Origin: Orbicella franksi
Lineage: Eukaryota
Direction of reading: 5' to 3'
NCBI GenBank assembly: GCA_964199315.1
Contig: OZ116699.1
Span: 5,766,001-5,830,000 of the forward strand
Length of the DNA: 64,000 bases
Shown: in pieces, positions 25,710-39,794 of the stretch
Layout of the letters: each line of letters opens with the position of its first letter
Position numbering within the stretch: the stretch's first letter is position 1
Program-made: the position numbers and the translations under genes
The notes under the pieces: generated by a model
Told to the model about the DNA's origin: nothing
Seen by the model: only the letters and a program-made list of their open reading frames with translations
The model's database searches: none

Positions 25710-26441
25710 TTAAAGTTTACAAATTATCGGTTACGTGACTAACTGTTTCAAAAGGCCTATTCTAACAACTTCCGTTTGCTGCTGTAATGATTCTACTCTC
25801 TCAAGAAGTCGTCGTTTGACTTGCCCTAACACTTAGCCATTCCACGCCCAGTAGCTTTACTTCAACAAAAAAATATTAAACCTTGGACGAACTAGTACTG
25901 CAACCACACTACGGGTGTGTGCGTGTATTTAGTCAAGAACATAAGCAAATTTTGCATAGTCTGGCAAGTAACTGACAGTATTTTAGAATACAGTGTTGAA
26001 ATATCTCCCTAGTTCACGTTTACGGTTGCCGTCGTGCCTTTTAGCCTAGCCTATGACTATAAGCAAAACTAAAAACAATGGGACACTTAAGTAAGCTAAC
26101 ATTACCTCGTTACTAACGCGAACTTGAAAAAGTTTTATTAAAACAGAGAATATCACTGGGTCTGGAAAACAAAACACTGTAGTGTTGTCAGTAGAACGAC
26201 TGAAAATTAGAACATGCAGCCCTTTTGAAAACGTGAGAACCCCTTTGGTGGATTGCCATAACTAAACGGTTGTGAAAGAATATGGGGGAGGGGGGAACTC
26301 GGAATAGTTCCTGTTGTTCATCTGAGGGTTATGAGAACTCAATGATATGAAACACACGTGCCAAGTCTGTAACAAACGTCGCTATAACTTGCGAACTAAG
26401 CAGTCTTCTTAACACTCTTTTCACTGTTTTCTACCTGAACC

Positions 26442-26569
26442 TGGCCTGCGTAAAACAGCCGTCTTTCTTCGCTCCCTACCCCTAGTAGCGCTTCGCGAGA
26501 AGGACGTCAAAAAATTGCTAATCGCGATCGGGGTGAGGAGCGAAAAGGGACGGCTGTTTTAGCAGGCTA
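26442..26569. mobile_element. MITE, T(A/G)GCCTGC TIR family
   Basis: TGGCCTGCGTAAAACAGCCGTC and GACGGCTGTTTTAGCAGGCTA; flanks ACCTGAACC and ACTTTAACC (degraded 9-bp TSD). Confidence 0.7.
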
Positions 26570-27001
26570 ACTTTAACCTTAGGAAATCGTTAATAGTGTC
26601 TAGAACAAGCTAGGGATAAAGAATATAACTGATTGAGACTAACGGGCAAACGGGGAAGGCGGATGTCTTGCTTCTGTAGTGTTTGTAGGTGGGTTTAGAA
26701 TTAGCAAGCTGTAGTTGAAAAGTTGACTTGTTACTTTTAGAAGCCGCTGCTATTGATAATTGACAACTAGAATCCAGTTGCAGCAGAATATTTTGGTATG
26801 GTGAAGTTTATATATCTGCGCTCAGTCAAGAACCGGATGACATGAAAGAAGTAATATAAGACAACAAAGGAAAACCTTAACGTGGATTGAATACACATGA
26901 TTAGCCGACCAAAAAAAGCAACCCCTGCCTTTTGATGATCTTCCAATGCATATGAGAAAGGAATGAGGCGACTTGAAGTATTTCTCCTCCCCCTCTGGAC
27001 G

Positions 27002-27198
27002 GGATTCTAGTCCATCGATGGGTTACCCCCCCCGACATTAAGTTCACCGGTACCCATTATGCATCTGGGTGAAGAGAGGCACTGCGAAAGTGAAGTGTCT
27101 TGCCAAAGAACACAAAACAATATCCCCGGCCAGGGCATGAACTCAGACCGCTCGATCAGGAGACGAGCCGGCACTAACCATGAGGCCACCGCGCCTCT
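27002..27198 (-). mobile_element. tRNA-derived SINE
   Basis: A-box-like TGGCCTCATGGTTAG, B-box-like GAGTTCATGCCC and body GGCAAGACACTT...CAGTGCCTCTCTTCACCCAG; four other copies in the window. Confidence 0.8.
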
Positions 27199-27905
27199 CA
27201 CGCTCTTACATTACACGCTATTTTAACTGAATTACAAAGTAAATTGAGGAGCTCTCTGCATGCGCTTTACAACATTCCAACAGAATACATCAGAATATTA
27301 ACCTTTTCTTTGAATCGCGGTATATTGCGGTTAACCACATAATTTTAATGTGCGCAGTAATAAGCTGGAATCACCGAGTTCGTTTAGGAGAAAACAAACA
27401 TTAACTTTGCTGTCGAGCTTGGCTTAAAGTCATTCCACTAAAATAGAACCCGCACTTAGAATTCTGCCAAAATTTGCCTATTGATTGTTTACATAATACA
27501 TTGTCGGAACTTAAATTTTGAAATAGAAACGAAGGGTCCCAGGGTTCGTTTAGGAGCAACAGCACCTTGTTTATACCCAAAAGTCCTTACAATAGCACCA
27601 TGATTTTAGTCACGATTGCTCGCTAAATTCACGTTTCCGACGACTGTTTCTTGTTCTACACTGAGAATTGGTCCATAATTATTTTACACAGAGAAATAAA
27701 TTACTCAATTCAAAACAACAGAAAAAAAAGTGATAGGTCACCTTGCGAGTTTTCGAGAAAAGGACGATTTACCTCTTGGCGAGGTCCAGCCGTAAAGAAA
27801 AAGCCGCCATTTTTTTAATGCGCGCGCGCTAATCACGCGTGAAATTATGCGCAGTAGGGATGCGCAATTCAATAGTAAAGGAAATCTCTTAACGTTGTAG
27901 GTGTC

Positions 27906-28517
27906 ATGCATCAATCAGCGGCCTCGCCCTGTGGGCCACTCCCGGGGACTCTGGGGGATTTGTCCAAATGCCCTTTCAAACCTCATCACATCCCCCAGGG
28001 TATAGAGCAGAGGAATTCTGACAAATACCCTGCCCCTCTGGTTACAACAATAAGGACCAGTGTTCCCGTTAACGCACAAATGTACGAATTTTAGGCACAA
28101 AAACCAGCTATTTGCTCTGCTTAGACCCTCATTTAAAGTTTGTTGTATTTCAGTGCAGTTGGCTTTACTTCTAAAGAATTCACCAGAACAGCTTTCTTCT
28201 TATTTCTGAGCTCCAAGCGTTGTAAACAGGCAAGTCGACGAAACTTGGTTAATTCAAGTCCTAAATCTCGTGCGACGGCTCGTGCGACAAGGACGCGAAG
28301 TGACCACCTCGAACAACATCCGGGAATCTTCGATAGGGTATACCGCTGACCAGCAAATCCCCAGAGTCTGCCACCTGGGACTCAATCTCTGTGAACAAAA
28401 GTGATGTTTCCCCCCACACCCTCGGGCAACAAATATCTGACAATCTCGACAAATGCCGTTAGGTTCCCGTGGCTGCCTTGGGGGTGGCCCCCAAGGGGAA
28501 GCCGCTGATTGATTCAT
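27906..28517. mobile_element. MITE with ATG(C/A)ATCAATCAGCGGC TIRs
   Basis: ATGCATCAATCAGCGGCCTCGCCC at the left matches the reverse complement of GGGGAAGCCGCTGATTGATTCAT at the right; TSD not resolved. Confidence 0.6.
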
Positions 28518-29301
28518 TAGCTGCACGCACTCGTGCGCATGCGTTCAGTAATGGAAAATCGCGCACAGGATGCGTAATGCAGTTCAGAGGAATTACCTTA
28601 TATCTGGAATATAATTTACCATTAGGCAGAAAACGTTATTTTTATTAAGTTATATGAAATTGCAATACATATCAACACTTATCCTCCGCATTTGCAATGC
28701 GGGCAAAAGCTAAAACTAAAAACTTGTGAAGTTTGTTTACAAGCTAAGCATTTAACTGAACACTCTGCTAACGAGAACATATGGCAGACTTGTTTAGTGC
28801 AATAAATAACTTCCTTTGTACAAAAGTTCACTTTAAAACTTGCCAGCTTTAAAGTATTCAGTTCACCAGTTTGCTCTCTGTCAAAATAAAATGATTATTT
28901 ACACTCCGGTCCATTTTTGAAACAATAAAATACAACAATACATAAATAGCACAAAGCGATATTCTAATATCCCGTTCAAAGCCTGAAAATGTTTTCAGGT
29001 CTTTTTTCTGGTAGTGTTATGGCTGCATTCGCATCTATCATCATGTCTACAATATTCTAAATGTACATCTTCAGACTGAATTTCAATAACCACACGAAGT
29101 TTAAACGGTTTAAATTAACTTAAGATAAATTCTTGTAAGAGTGCAGATTTACATCCTTTAAATATTTTTCTTTACTAAAATAAAATTATACGAAAGGAGG
29201 TTATACGTTACTGTATTTAAATAGAATATAAAATATGTTTGCATCGATGATCTCGCAGCGAAGCATACGGCGCTTCCTTCGTCTGTCGTGGGAAAATCTA
29301 A

Positions 29302-29644
29302 GGGCTTGTTTACAAGGAGGGAGGGTTACCCTAGCAAGCGGGTTAACCCTAGCTGGAGGGCAAAAGATAGCCCGGGTTTACAAGCAAAATTTCACAGGTA
29401 GGGTAACCCTACAACCCGGAACAACTTAATGCGCGGTTACACTCAAAGAGTCTGGAAACAAAGAAAGTTAACCCGGATAGGCGGGTTAACCCTGCCTGGA
29501 GTGTTTGCAAGGGAAAAAGTTAACCCGCCTACCAGGGTAACCCTAGAACGCAGAAAAAAAGAGGAAATGTGTGCGTACTAGGGTAACCCGTTTGCTAGGG
29601 TAACCCGTTTGCTGGGGTAACCCTCTCTCCTTGTAAACAGGCCC
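29302..29644. mobile_element. PIF/Harbinger MITE
   Basis: TIR GGGC(T/C)TGTTTACAAGGAG(G/A)GAGGGTTACCC, TAA TSD on both sides, and repeated subterminal GGGTAACCC motifs. Confidence 0.88.
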
Positions 29645-30587
29645 TAACTCAATAAAGCGAAATGGATAATGGAAGAAGAGAATGCGGTTTTTATATCTCA
29701 TATTCTCGAGGGAAAATCCCTCATAATTGAAAATTGACTCTATTTTTGTTATTAAATGAAATCATGCAACATTCAAATCGAAATAGCTGGGCCATTAACA
29801 ATCACGGCCAACTTTGTTGATTTTTCTTCTCTCTTTTTTTAAAGAAAAGAGAAATCACAGGAATTACTAGGATTAAGATAATATTGATGTGAATTGTATA
29901 AAGAGATGATGGAGAAACTGAAGTATATCCAAAGGTAAGTGACGTGCAGGATTAAATTGGGGCTCCCGGCTAAGCAGCTGATTTTCCTAAAATAGACAGC
30001 GCACTGTGGAACGGGCGGTCTCTCTTAAGCCCGATCATGGCTTCAAGAAAAATGTACCTTTCAGCCTTTCGTTCAGACATGTTACACTGGGTATTGACTT
30101 GCACAGAAGTTGCACCCTTGCGAGGAATCGATACAGTGTTAAGTTGCCGCAATCATTTCGAAATATTCGAAAACGCTTGTTGGGGCTAAAACATCGCTGG
30201 ACAAGCACATTTGAGGAAGTGTTTGCATTAGGCAATTTCTCATGCGATCTATGTTGCAACAAAACTGCAAGATCAGATGCACGAAATATTGCCTGTGTAA
30301 ATGTACCTTTAAGGTGGCATTTGGAATGCCGACATAGAAACGTTTCGATCAAGAAGACCACACTGCGATATTCACACTTAATAAGTAAAATTTGCGCAAA
30401 TGGTCATGTCCAGCCATCCAGATTAAATTGCGGTTTAAAACCGAACTTTGGCCGTTTGAATCGCGCATCTCGCATCCCGCATCCCGCATGCCTAACTTGA
30501 AGAGACTGAATATTTAAGTCCTGAATATTCGCTCACTGGACGTGAACAGTTTCAAACGGTTGGAAGTTCAACGGTGCGTATTTTTCC

Positions 30588-30691
30588 AGGGAGGAGGGAG
30601 TGGAGGGAAGGGAGGAGGGGGGAGGGAGGAGGGGGAAGGGGGGAGGGGGGAGGGGGGAGGGGGGAAGGGGAAAGGGAGAAAGGGGAGAGAG
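30588..30691 (+). repeat. ~100-nt G-rich polypurine tract
   Basis: Almost pure G/A with many GGG+ runs, ~300 bp downstream of the minus-strand gene's stop codon. Confidence 0.85.
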
Positions 30692-30996
30692 TTCAGTGGT
30701 AAACATGTATAAAAAGTGCCACGGAAGTGCGAAAAATTCCATACTCCGTCAAAACGGCGATTTTGTTATTTTGGATTTTGAATCTTTTGCCAATATGAAA
30801 GTCACCTTTGTAAGGTAACCCTTGTGGATGTACATTATAAGAGAAACATTCTTCTGTGTATCCCAGAGAAGCGTTACACCAACCTGCAACCCACCCCCGC
30901 GGCTACGGACACCATTTGTGTCCCCCCCTCCTGTTAAAGGAATTGGTGGTTCACTGTACATGCATTTTTTCCCGACAGGAACTACATTACAAATTC

Positions 30997-31357
30997 TCAA
31001 GCAACCGGTTCCTCGTCGTCTTCCCTCGGTCGTCTCCTTCTTTGCCTCTTGCTTGATTTCTTTCGGCTCTTCTCCGGCGAGTCGCCAAACATCTCGTCCA
31101 CCAGTTCTTGGTTGTGTTCTTCAGTAAGAGGTTGGTAAGCTCCCCTCTTTTGAGTAACACTCGGTAAATCTCGTTCGTCGTCGGCTACTCTCGGTAAAGT
31201 TGGGGCGGTATTCTGCTCCTCGTCTGTGAGTGAGCGATAACCACGCAAAGATTCATTCAAGTTAAATCCTTTTTTACTACTTTTAAAGTTTATTGGTGGA
31301 AGGTCGTTATTTTCTTGTTCTTTTTTCTTTGATTTTTTCTTCTTTTTGCTTTGTGTT
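30997..31357 (-). CDS. EVC2-like terminal exon
   Basis: TTTTCAATTGCAG|A TQSKKKKKSKKKEQENNDLPPINFK...RQRRRRPREDDEEPVA*. Confidence 0.75.
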
Positions 31358-34300
31358 CTGCAATTGAAAAGAAAATCCTATTTTTCTCTGATGAGTGCAA
31401 TAGAAGTGGTGAGTGTAGTAAAAAAGGAAAGAAAGCGAGGAAAAACGTTAAAACTGGGTATTATTGACAAACAAATGAGGCAAGATGCAATTTTAGGTTG
31501 TCTCATGTTTAAAACAGGCTAAAAGACAATTGATGCAATAGAACACGGACGTCTAAAATAAAGAGTGCAAAAAGGTTTTACCGGTTGGAAACATCAAGTT
31601 GGAAGTCTGATTTAAAACTCTCAAAACACGACAGAAGATAAAACTAAGCTGCGTTTGTTCGTGAGCTGACCACTCACGTTGGAAGAGTGCAATCGACAAG
31701 CGTGGGAAAAGAAAAAAAAAATGTCATTGCAAGAAAGAATTTTCTGTGTTCAAACACAACAATAAAATGACTTTGCACCCTGAAATTAGTTTGGAATCTC
31801 AAAATCTGAAAATCCCCCGTTACGTTCTGTCTCTTTCTCGGATTGGTTAATGAGCTGAAGAGGCTCGGGTTTAACTCTTTGCAACGAAATAATCTAGAGA
31901 TGGCAATAAGGAGTTTGTTAAGGTGTAGGTCAAAGGTCAGAAAAGGGCGAAAACAGCATGAACAGGGGAGCAGGGTGAACTAAAGTTATGAGACAGGACA
32001 ATACAAGAGAACAGAGTACATCAGAACAAATAGTGGTATGGATAATGAGTTGCACGTAGACAAGACAAAGCGGATATAATAACAGCTATAGAAGGAGAAG
32101 ATGTAGTAAATCATAAAATTTATCTTACAGCAGAGACGTTACAGGTCAGTTCTAAGTGCAGCATTTAGAATACAGCAGTTAGGCTTTTGCGTCTGTTAAT
32201 CCGTTAGCCTTTTTCTTGGGCCAAAAAAATGGTGCCTTATTACGTCAAATCAATCGTGCTAGTTTCAAAAATGGTGATTAAGAGTGAAACTAAATTCAGT
32301 GCGCGTGACAATTTTGCGTAATTTTTGCTCATTGTGGAGGTCACACACTAACCTGTACGTCAAGGTGCAAGTGCAAATATTCAAATAACGAATAAACTCA
32401 CAATCAAAATCTGCTTGTGTGGCTTGTGCATTGTTAAGGTCACACAAAACGGTAGATAGCGATGATACAGGTGCTTTGTTAGAAAACGATTTAAACGAAA
32501 AAAGTCATTGCGTGACAAAGTTGCGTGATTTGTTCGCAATGTCGACGTCACACACTAACTGACCTGTGCATGTCACGTCCGTGCCTTAAGCTGTCTTCTT
32601 ATTGGTTGTGATTCGGATCAGGAACCTCACTGAAAGCAGTGAGATTACAATTCATTTGTACACGTAACTCAATCAATCAAGTAACCATAGAAACAATTAC
32701 CAGTTGCTGTTGTTGAGGTGGTTGTTGCAGCCTCGTTCCCAGGGTCTCTCATCTTCCCGTGAGGGTGGCAAGATGAGAGACCCTGGGAAAGAGTTTGAGT
32801 TGAGTTTGTAATAACTTTCTTAATCGTCAATATTATTCATTTGAATATATGTTTGCTTCTTGCTTCACAATTTTAAAATCAGCAAAAAGTTATTGAAAAC
32901 AAAACCATAACGTCAGATATCACGATAAACTTTCTTCGCCGATATGAGCAAGTTTCATCAAGCAAGGTTAACATAGCTCTTAATATGATGCTAAGCTTCC
33001 GCTGCAGTTCTTACTTATTGACCTCGCGTATCGATTATTTAACGCCTGTACTTCATTTTCAGTCAGATTACAAGCTTGCGGCATCAACAAGTCAGGCATT
33101 TTAACTGCTTACAGCATAGAATTTCATTTTTACCTAAGCAATAAAAAGAGCGTACCACAAATAAAGAGAAAGATGGAGAATACAGAACCCCAAAAAGAAA
33201 AAGTAGCTGTGACAATGTTCTAACAGACGAAAGGATGATTGCCTTTTGTGTGAATTTTTGTCTGAAATTTCAAAGGAACTTTAAAGGTAGCTGGCTACAC
33301 ATACCGTATTGGAGGCGGAGTTGTTATAGGGGCTGCACTTGCCCTACGGATCCTGGCCTCCAATGCACTTGGTCTTCTGCATAGCAAATAAAAAGCGAGA
33401 GATATAAGCCTAGATATCAACCCTTCTAAATCGCTAGTTATTAACTGGTTTTTACGTTCTTGGACATCTAGACAATCATTGTAATTCTCATTCTGACTAG
33501 AGAAATTATTCACAGATCTCAGTTCGTTTCAAACGTTACGTTACTTTCCCTCGAAATCTCTCTGTCACATTTCCAATTCCCCTTCCTTTTCTCTTCTCTT
33601 TTCGTCTTTTTTTCCCCTGGCGTTTACCTGTTAACTCAATATTGGTCAAAGGAAGGCAAGCTTGTGAACACCAGGACAATCACAATCATTATACTGCCCA
33701 ACGTCGCCAGTCTCAAATTCAGTGCGGACATATCACGATCTCAGTAAAGCAAAACTTCGTTTTAAACTTATATCGCGACAACACAATCACTATATACAAT
33801 ACGTCTGCCTTTTAGAAGTTCACCTTGGATCAAGAGAGGTCTGTTTGCTCTCCTTCGTGTGGCCTGGGCCGTATATCTTAGATAGGAGTTCGTCAATTTC
33901 GTTCGATGACCTGGAAAGAAACCGTCATGGTTGTTGAAACTCATCTAAAATTTTCAACCACTAGTAATTAAAAGATGGCAATGAAACTAGTGTTTGGATA
34001 TTGGAAGTTGTTCAGCATCGATTTCAGCCATTTAACACTTCCATACCAAACGCAACCTCGTTCCCAGGGTCTTCTCCTGGAAGAGGACAGAGGACCTCGG
34101 GAACGAGGTTGTACCAAACACCGTTTGGGAATCGAACCGTGCCACGAATAAATGATCAGAGCAGAAAATTCATGTACATGTGTCCAGTATTGCTTAGTGC
34201 CAGGACTAGATCAACGAGTCCTTCAACATAGAAGAAATTTCTCAATGCACCAAGGATGAGCAAAGATTAACAAGAGTGAGTTGCGATATGAACTTACTTT

Positions 34301-35930
34301 GCGGGGAACAGAAACTTGAGCACTGATTCCAGTTCTTCCTCTTGAAGTTTGCCTTGTTGGACTAAAATCGAAATCAACTTTATGTTCTGAAAAAGAAAAA
34401 AAAGCAGTTGGTGTCTCTAGCTCCATTTTGCAGCTACTTTTCAAAACTATTTTAATACATATTAACAAACGGAACCGTCACAAGTCCTAAGATTCCTAAG
34501 AAAATATAAAACCATGCCTCGTCTAATGTCAATATTCTTGCCCCCCCCCCCCCTTGATGTAAAAACCTACAAAACCCACACTAGTTTTATTTTTTTCATT
34601 CACAGAACAACTATTTAACACTCCAAAAAGATCCTCAGCTAAAAACGCCTCAATGCCACTGAAAAACAAACAGCACATCGCTAAAAGATTGTTCAATAGC
34701 TTTTATCTGAATGGTCACACACTAAAACATTGTCCACAGACGTAATTAATACACCCACCGTGTAAGAAACAGTACCCCATGAAAGTACTACACAGAGGCT
34801 TTAATAGACCAATTTCGATAAATTCTAAAATTCTTGGGGTATCAATCTTCGATGTCATTTCTTCTACTTTACCACCCCCCCCCCTCCCCCCACCCTCTAA
34901 ACTAAATCGAAATTGGCCTATTTGAATGGTAGCACACAAGTATCAGTCATGTACAGATCTTTTCATGTCAGGGTTTTGCAATTTTCTACCGACAGTTTTC
35001 CGTTTGTGCTGTACAAAATGCTTCTAACGTTGGACGTTTAAATAAATTCAGAAAATCAAGTTACCTGTTCCTCTACTGCCTGCATTCTTTTGATGTCAGA
35101 CGCCATCTTTAACTCGTTAATTGATTGGTCAATCTCCTTCTGCATCCGGGTTCTAAGATCGTTTAGTTCTTTCTGATGCCTTGCCTTCATAGCTGCTTTC
35201 CTTAACTTCATGGCCATGTTGTTCACATTGAGATTGCTCATATATTGAGACAACTCGTCCTTAGTAGAAGAGAACCAATGAATTAAAAATGTGGTGCGAT
35301 TAAACAATCCTGGTTTTTACTCTTTATACGCAGCTGGTGAGATAGTCGAAGTTAACTGAATTTGCAGTTTAACTTGCTGTGTGGAAAAGAAATCTCTGCT
35401 ACAGTCGTTTTGCATTCTCTTGAATGCGACACATTGCCAACCCTCGTTCTACATAACTGCGAACACATCGCTTTCTCTTTCATTCAGTCACCAAGCAGTT
35501 AACATACGGCTGTAGACGCCTTTCCAAACGCTGATTAAAACTCACTTCACATACAAACTACACTGAACACTGCAGCTGTAAAAGTCTAGCGATAAACAAC
35601 TTTTCTTTCTTAGACGCTCTGATTTTTGTTTGTTTCTTTGTCTGTTTTCTTGTTATGGGCATACATTGTGGACGTTGTAAAACACACGACCTTGGCCAAT
35701 TAATATGAAGATATATGATAATCACCTGAGCTTTCAATTAGAAAAACAATTACATTTCATAATCATTTAATTTAGAGCTACCTCCATTTTACAATTATAT
35801 AACCTATTTACCTTTTGCTTCAGTACAAGAGTTTCCTCGCGTTGTTTCATTCGTTGTTGAAGCCGCTCTCTCAACACCTATATGAAAACACGGTCAACCA
35901 GTTTACAAACAACACATGTTTGACTAGCCA

Positions 35931-35967
<37 letters not shown>

Positions 35968-38900
35968 GAACTACTAATGTTAAGCCAATTTATACCAAAA
36001 TATAAATTATAGTTCATGTCTAACCATACACCCCAGGAGAGAGAAAAAATCAGGTCACTTCTGGTCACGGATCACTTCCCACATATGAGTTACTCAAGTC
36101 GGATGATCCCGCTCAGCCAATCAGCATCTACCATGCACGTGAAATCTTGCACTGTATAATCACATGCTCAGCCGTGCACAACACAGTTCTTGCACTTTCC
36201 CATTCGCAGAACCAAAATTTCCCTCCCACCCTTCCCTGTTTTATCCCTCTCTCTATGAAATGAGACAAGTAGATATGTGTTCCTTGAAATACAAGTAGCT
36301 CTGGTACATGTATTAGAATACAAAGGTATTGCAGTGAGAACTAAGGTTTAGACAGTAACCCCAAATAATGACTTTATAAAGTTTGACAATGAAATTATTC
36401 CTTAACCCGGGGGATGCGACCTCTAGAGAGGATTATCAACTCCCCATACCCTTGGGGATTATTACCCCCTAGAGAGGATTATCACCTCTCTCTGAGTATC
36501 CTAGGGGATTATCACCCCCTAGAGAGCATGATCACCTCTCACTCAGTACCCTTGGGGGATTATCACCCCCTCTTGAGGATTACCACCTCGTGCTGAGTAC
36601 CCTGGGGGATTATCACCCCCAGGGCGATCCTTACATCCCTAGGAAAAAGTGACCTAGAATTCTTTATTGGAGTGCTTCATCCCTTATCCCTTTTCCCCAC
36701 AAATGTTCTGGTTGTGTTGTTTGTTTGTATATAATTATAGTAAGGGTTATGGGTTAGGAACATTAACACAAATATCCATCAAAGATTTTAAATATATTAT
36801 ATACATCGCTTCCTCGGAATGTCTTATTTCACTTCAGTTTGGATCACAAAATGTCGCTAACCTGCTCTTGTTTTTCTTTCTGTAGTTTCAAGTTTTCTTC
36901 CAGGTTTTTGGTGTCCTAAAAACAATAAAATGTTAAAAATCGGGGTATATAAAGTGTAATATACAGCCCTGCTGAAACATTTGGAGACATAGAGCTCCCC
37001 TCTTCATCTCTCCCAACTCCGTTCCCTCCCCTTACCCACAGACAACCAAAGCCCGATATTCAAATGTTGCTCTGGGTGATGGGCTTGTAAAAATGACTAA
37101 TGCCTTCACATTTTGATATAAAATTATCACTTGTCGGGGATTTGTTTAGAATCCCAAAGACTTTTTGCAGAGATTTTAGTCCTTTTTTCTTTGAAATATT
37201 TAGCTATCGTTAATTCTGTAACCTATTTGATTTCGCTTCGGTGACCATTGTCCATTTTTAATCAATAAGTACCCCCACTACTTAGGGGAAGGTTGTTCGA
37301 AAAAAATAAAGAAAACTTCTGGCTAAGCGATCAACTTATCCAACCGTATTAAAAACAGAAAACAAGAAAAGGAATGGTGATCAACCCAGTACCATTTCTC
37401 CTTACACTAACATACATTATCAAGAAGACAGACCATGAGAATACAGAAAACTATCAATTAAGGAACACTGTGAAAAGTAAGACACACCTTTTGGTATTTT
37501 TCCATGATTTTCTGTGTCTCGGGGTCCTTGAAAGTTCCTTTGGATTCCAATTCATCAACAAGCCCGGCTTGAAGCTGACCCAACGCCTGTTGCTGCATAG
37601 CAATCTTCGAGATCTGTTTAGAAGAGGACGGGAAATTTAGCGTCGTGATTCTACAAGTCGGTGCAACGTAACAAACGTTGAATAGGTATCTAAAGGCGTT
37701 GGCGAGGGAAAGGGGGGTCAGGTTGGCCTAACATAACCAAGCCCCTCAAATGGTGCTAAGTATCTCACGTGCAATGATTCACTTAATATAAGGTTTGAAA
37801 GTTGTTTAGCAGTTATTTTAAACACCAATAATGGAAAACGTCCCTAAAATTTCCGAAAATTGCGCGACCTAGCCCTTTTGACACTGACGGCATTGGTATA
37901 AACTCTCTCTTTTAACCATTTTTCATACCATAATAGAACTCTGCCGCTTTCACAATAAAATATCGAGACATGAACAAAAGACGAAGAAACACAGTTGGAA
38001 ACTTTTAATAAATATCAGTCGTATTGACATCTAGTCTGAACTTCTAGTCTGCTATGAGCTTCTCGGCTAACATTTCATATTACTACTTGAAACTGAACAC
38101 ATCCGAAGCATATTCGATCTGCAGAGCCAAGGTTTTATACAGACATACTGCACAGATCTCGATAACTGCAAAAATCAGAAGCTTAATGGTAACCTATGTT
38201 ATAAGGTTCGTCTAATCAAGCTTAAGTTATTACCGCTTAATTACTGGTTAGAATATCTTGACTTAGTTTTCTTTTTTAAGTGCCTTCATGGGCATATAGA
38301 TTTCACTCGTGAATTTAGTTATTATTTTTCTTTTCTAAAGGGCAACACGCGCCGTGCTTCACCAGGGCTGCATTTAAAGACTAACGCTTGTCGTACGTCT
38401 TCCTTCCGAGACTTTTACTTCAACAGAATAACTTTGATATGGAACAGTTTAGCTGAAAATATCAAGGATTCAGACACTATAAGCTCTTTTAAAAGTAAAC
38501 TTAAGTCATTTTATTTTACTAGACTTTTAAATGTTTTTGATGGTGACAATTTTCGTTCTTTTAAATTAATTTGTCCTAAGTGTCGCCGTGTTAATATTTT
38601 CTTTGTCTGTACTTGTTAAGTTGATTAGTATATTTTAGATTGTATTTGTGTTATTTAGATTATATGATTTGTAGTTTAGTCGGGTCAGGGAAGGGTTTTT
38701 TCGTGATATTTTTTAGGGGGTTGGGTGTGGGTGTATTAAACAAAGTAGGGGACTTATGTCCTATTGTTGAGCACCTGTACTTGTACGAATCCATAAATAA
38801 TAATAGAATAATACCCATTTTTTAATAGGTATCGTCCCCGCCTTTGCCGGCGTATGTGCGTTAAGGTTCCAAATGTTACGAACTGAGCGACGTGTTTACT

Positions 38901-39759
38901 AACAAAGAGGTGAAAAGCAAACCAACAATAACTTCAGGTAACCATCACATCGAATACGTACCTGTTTTGCCTTTTCGATCTGTAGTTTTGCTATTATAGC
39001 ACCCAGTTTCTCGTGGTGTTCCTCGAGTCTTTTGGATCTCTCAGCGAGCATTTCTTCGCGAACCTGGAACCAACAGAACAAATGTAGTCTCGAAATATGT
39101 GGAGCAAAAATAGGCACGCAATACGAGCGAAATAAAAGTGTTCCTAATGACACAAAGTCCCAAGCAATAAAGATAGTTTCGTTGTCTTCTTGACTTGTTG
39201 TTTAGCCAATCAAAGTCAAAAAAAGTCTGGGAAACAAAGAGTTTAACAGCCGACAAACTGATACGTACATGGCGCAAAGGTAAAGGACAGAGAGAGCGAA
39301 CAAGCGACAGAAAGACTTGCTCAAAGCTACCTAGCACTTCGAGTGGCTAGAAGCTTGAACAACCAACAGCGACCTGCACTGCTTACAATGTTCTTTATAA
39401 CTCGCCAAACGAAGCGATAGGTAAACAACACAAAGAGTTCCCCTAGCCCTACGAAAAAAAGAGGTGCGGATTAACAAGAACGAATCAAAATAAAGGTGTT
39501 AAAAAGGTGCAGGTCAAACTAAACGACAAAGTAGACACGTAAAAACCCATACCGCCTCCATTTCATCCTCGATTTGAAGTTCGTCTTCCTTCATGGCAGC
39601 CATCTTTTCTTGTTCGTGTTTCTTGATCATCTCGATATCTTCACCTTCAACCAGAATCTTGTCACCGTAATCGCGGTCCTTAAAGATAATGTCACGAATT
39701 AGTACTTAATCAAATGAATCTGATTTTCTTACGTCAAAAGAAACAACGAAAATAATTAA

Positions 39760-39794
<35 letters not shown>

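Noticed and set aside
27002-27198. tRNA gene (also at 44278, 50523, 60011, 63195)
   Set aside because: A/B-box heads continue into a shared non-tRNA body and the copies are diverged, so they are SINEs rather than tRNAs.
30006-30500. 164-aa plus-strand and 108-aa minus-strand ORFs
   Set aside because: No recognisable motif or splice context; the region looks like a degenerate MITE.
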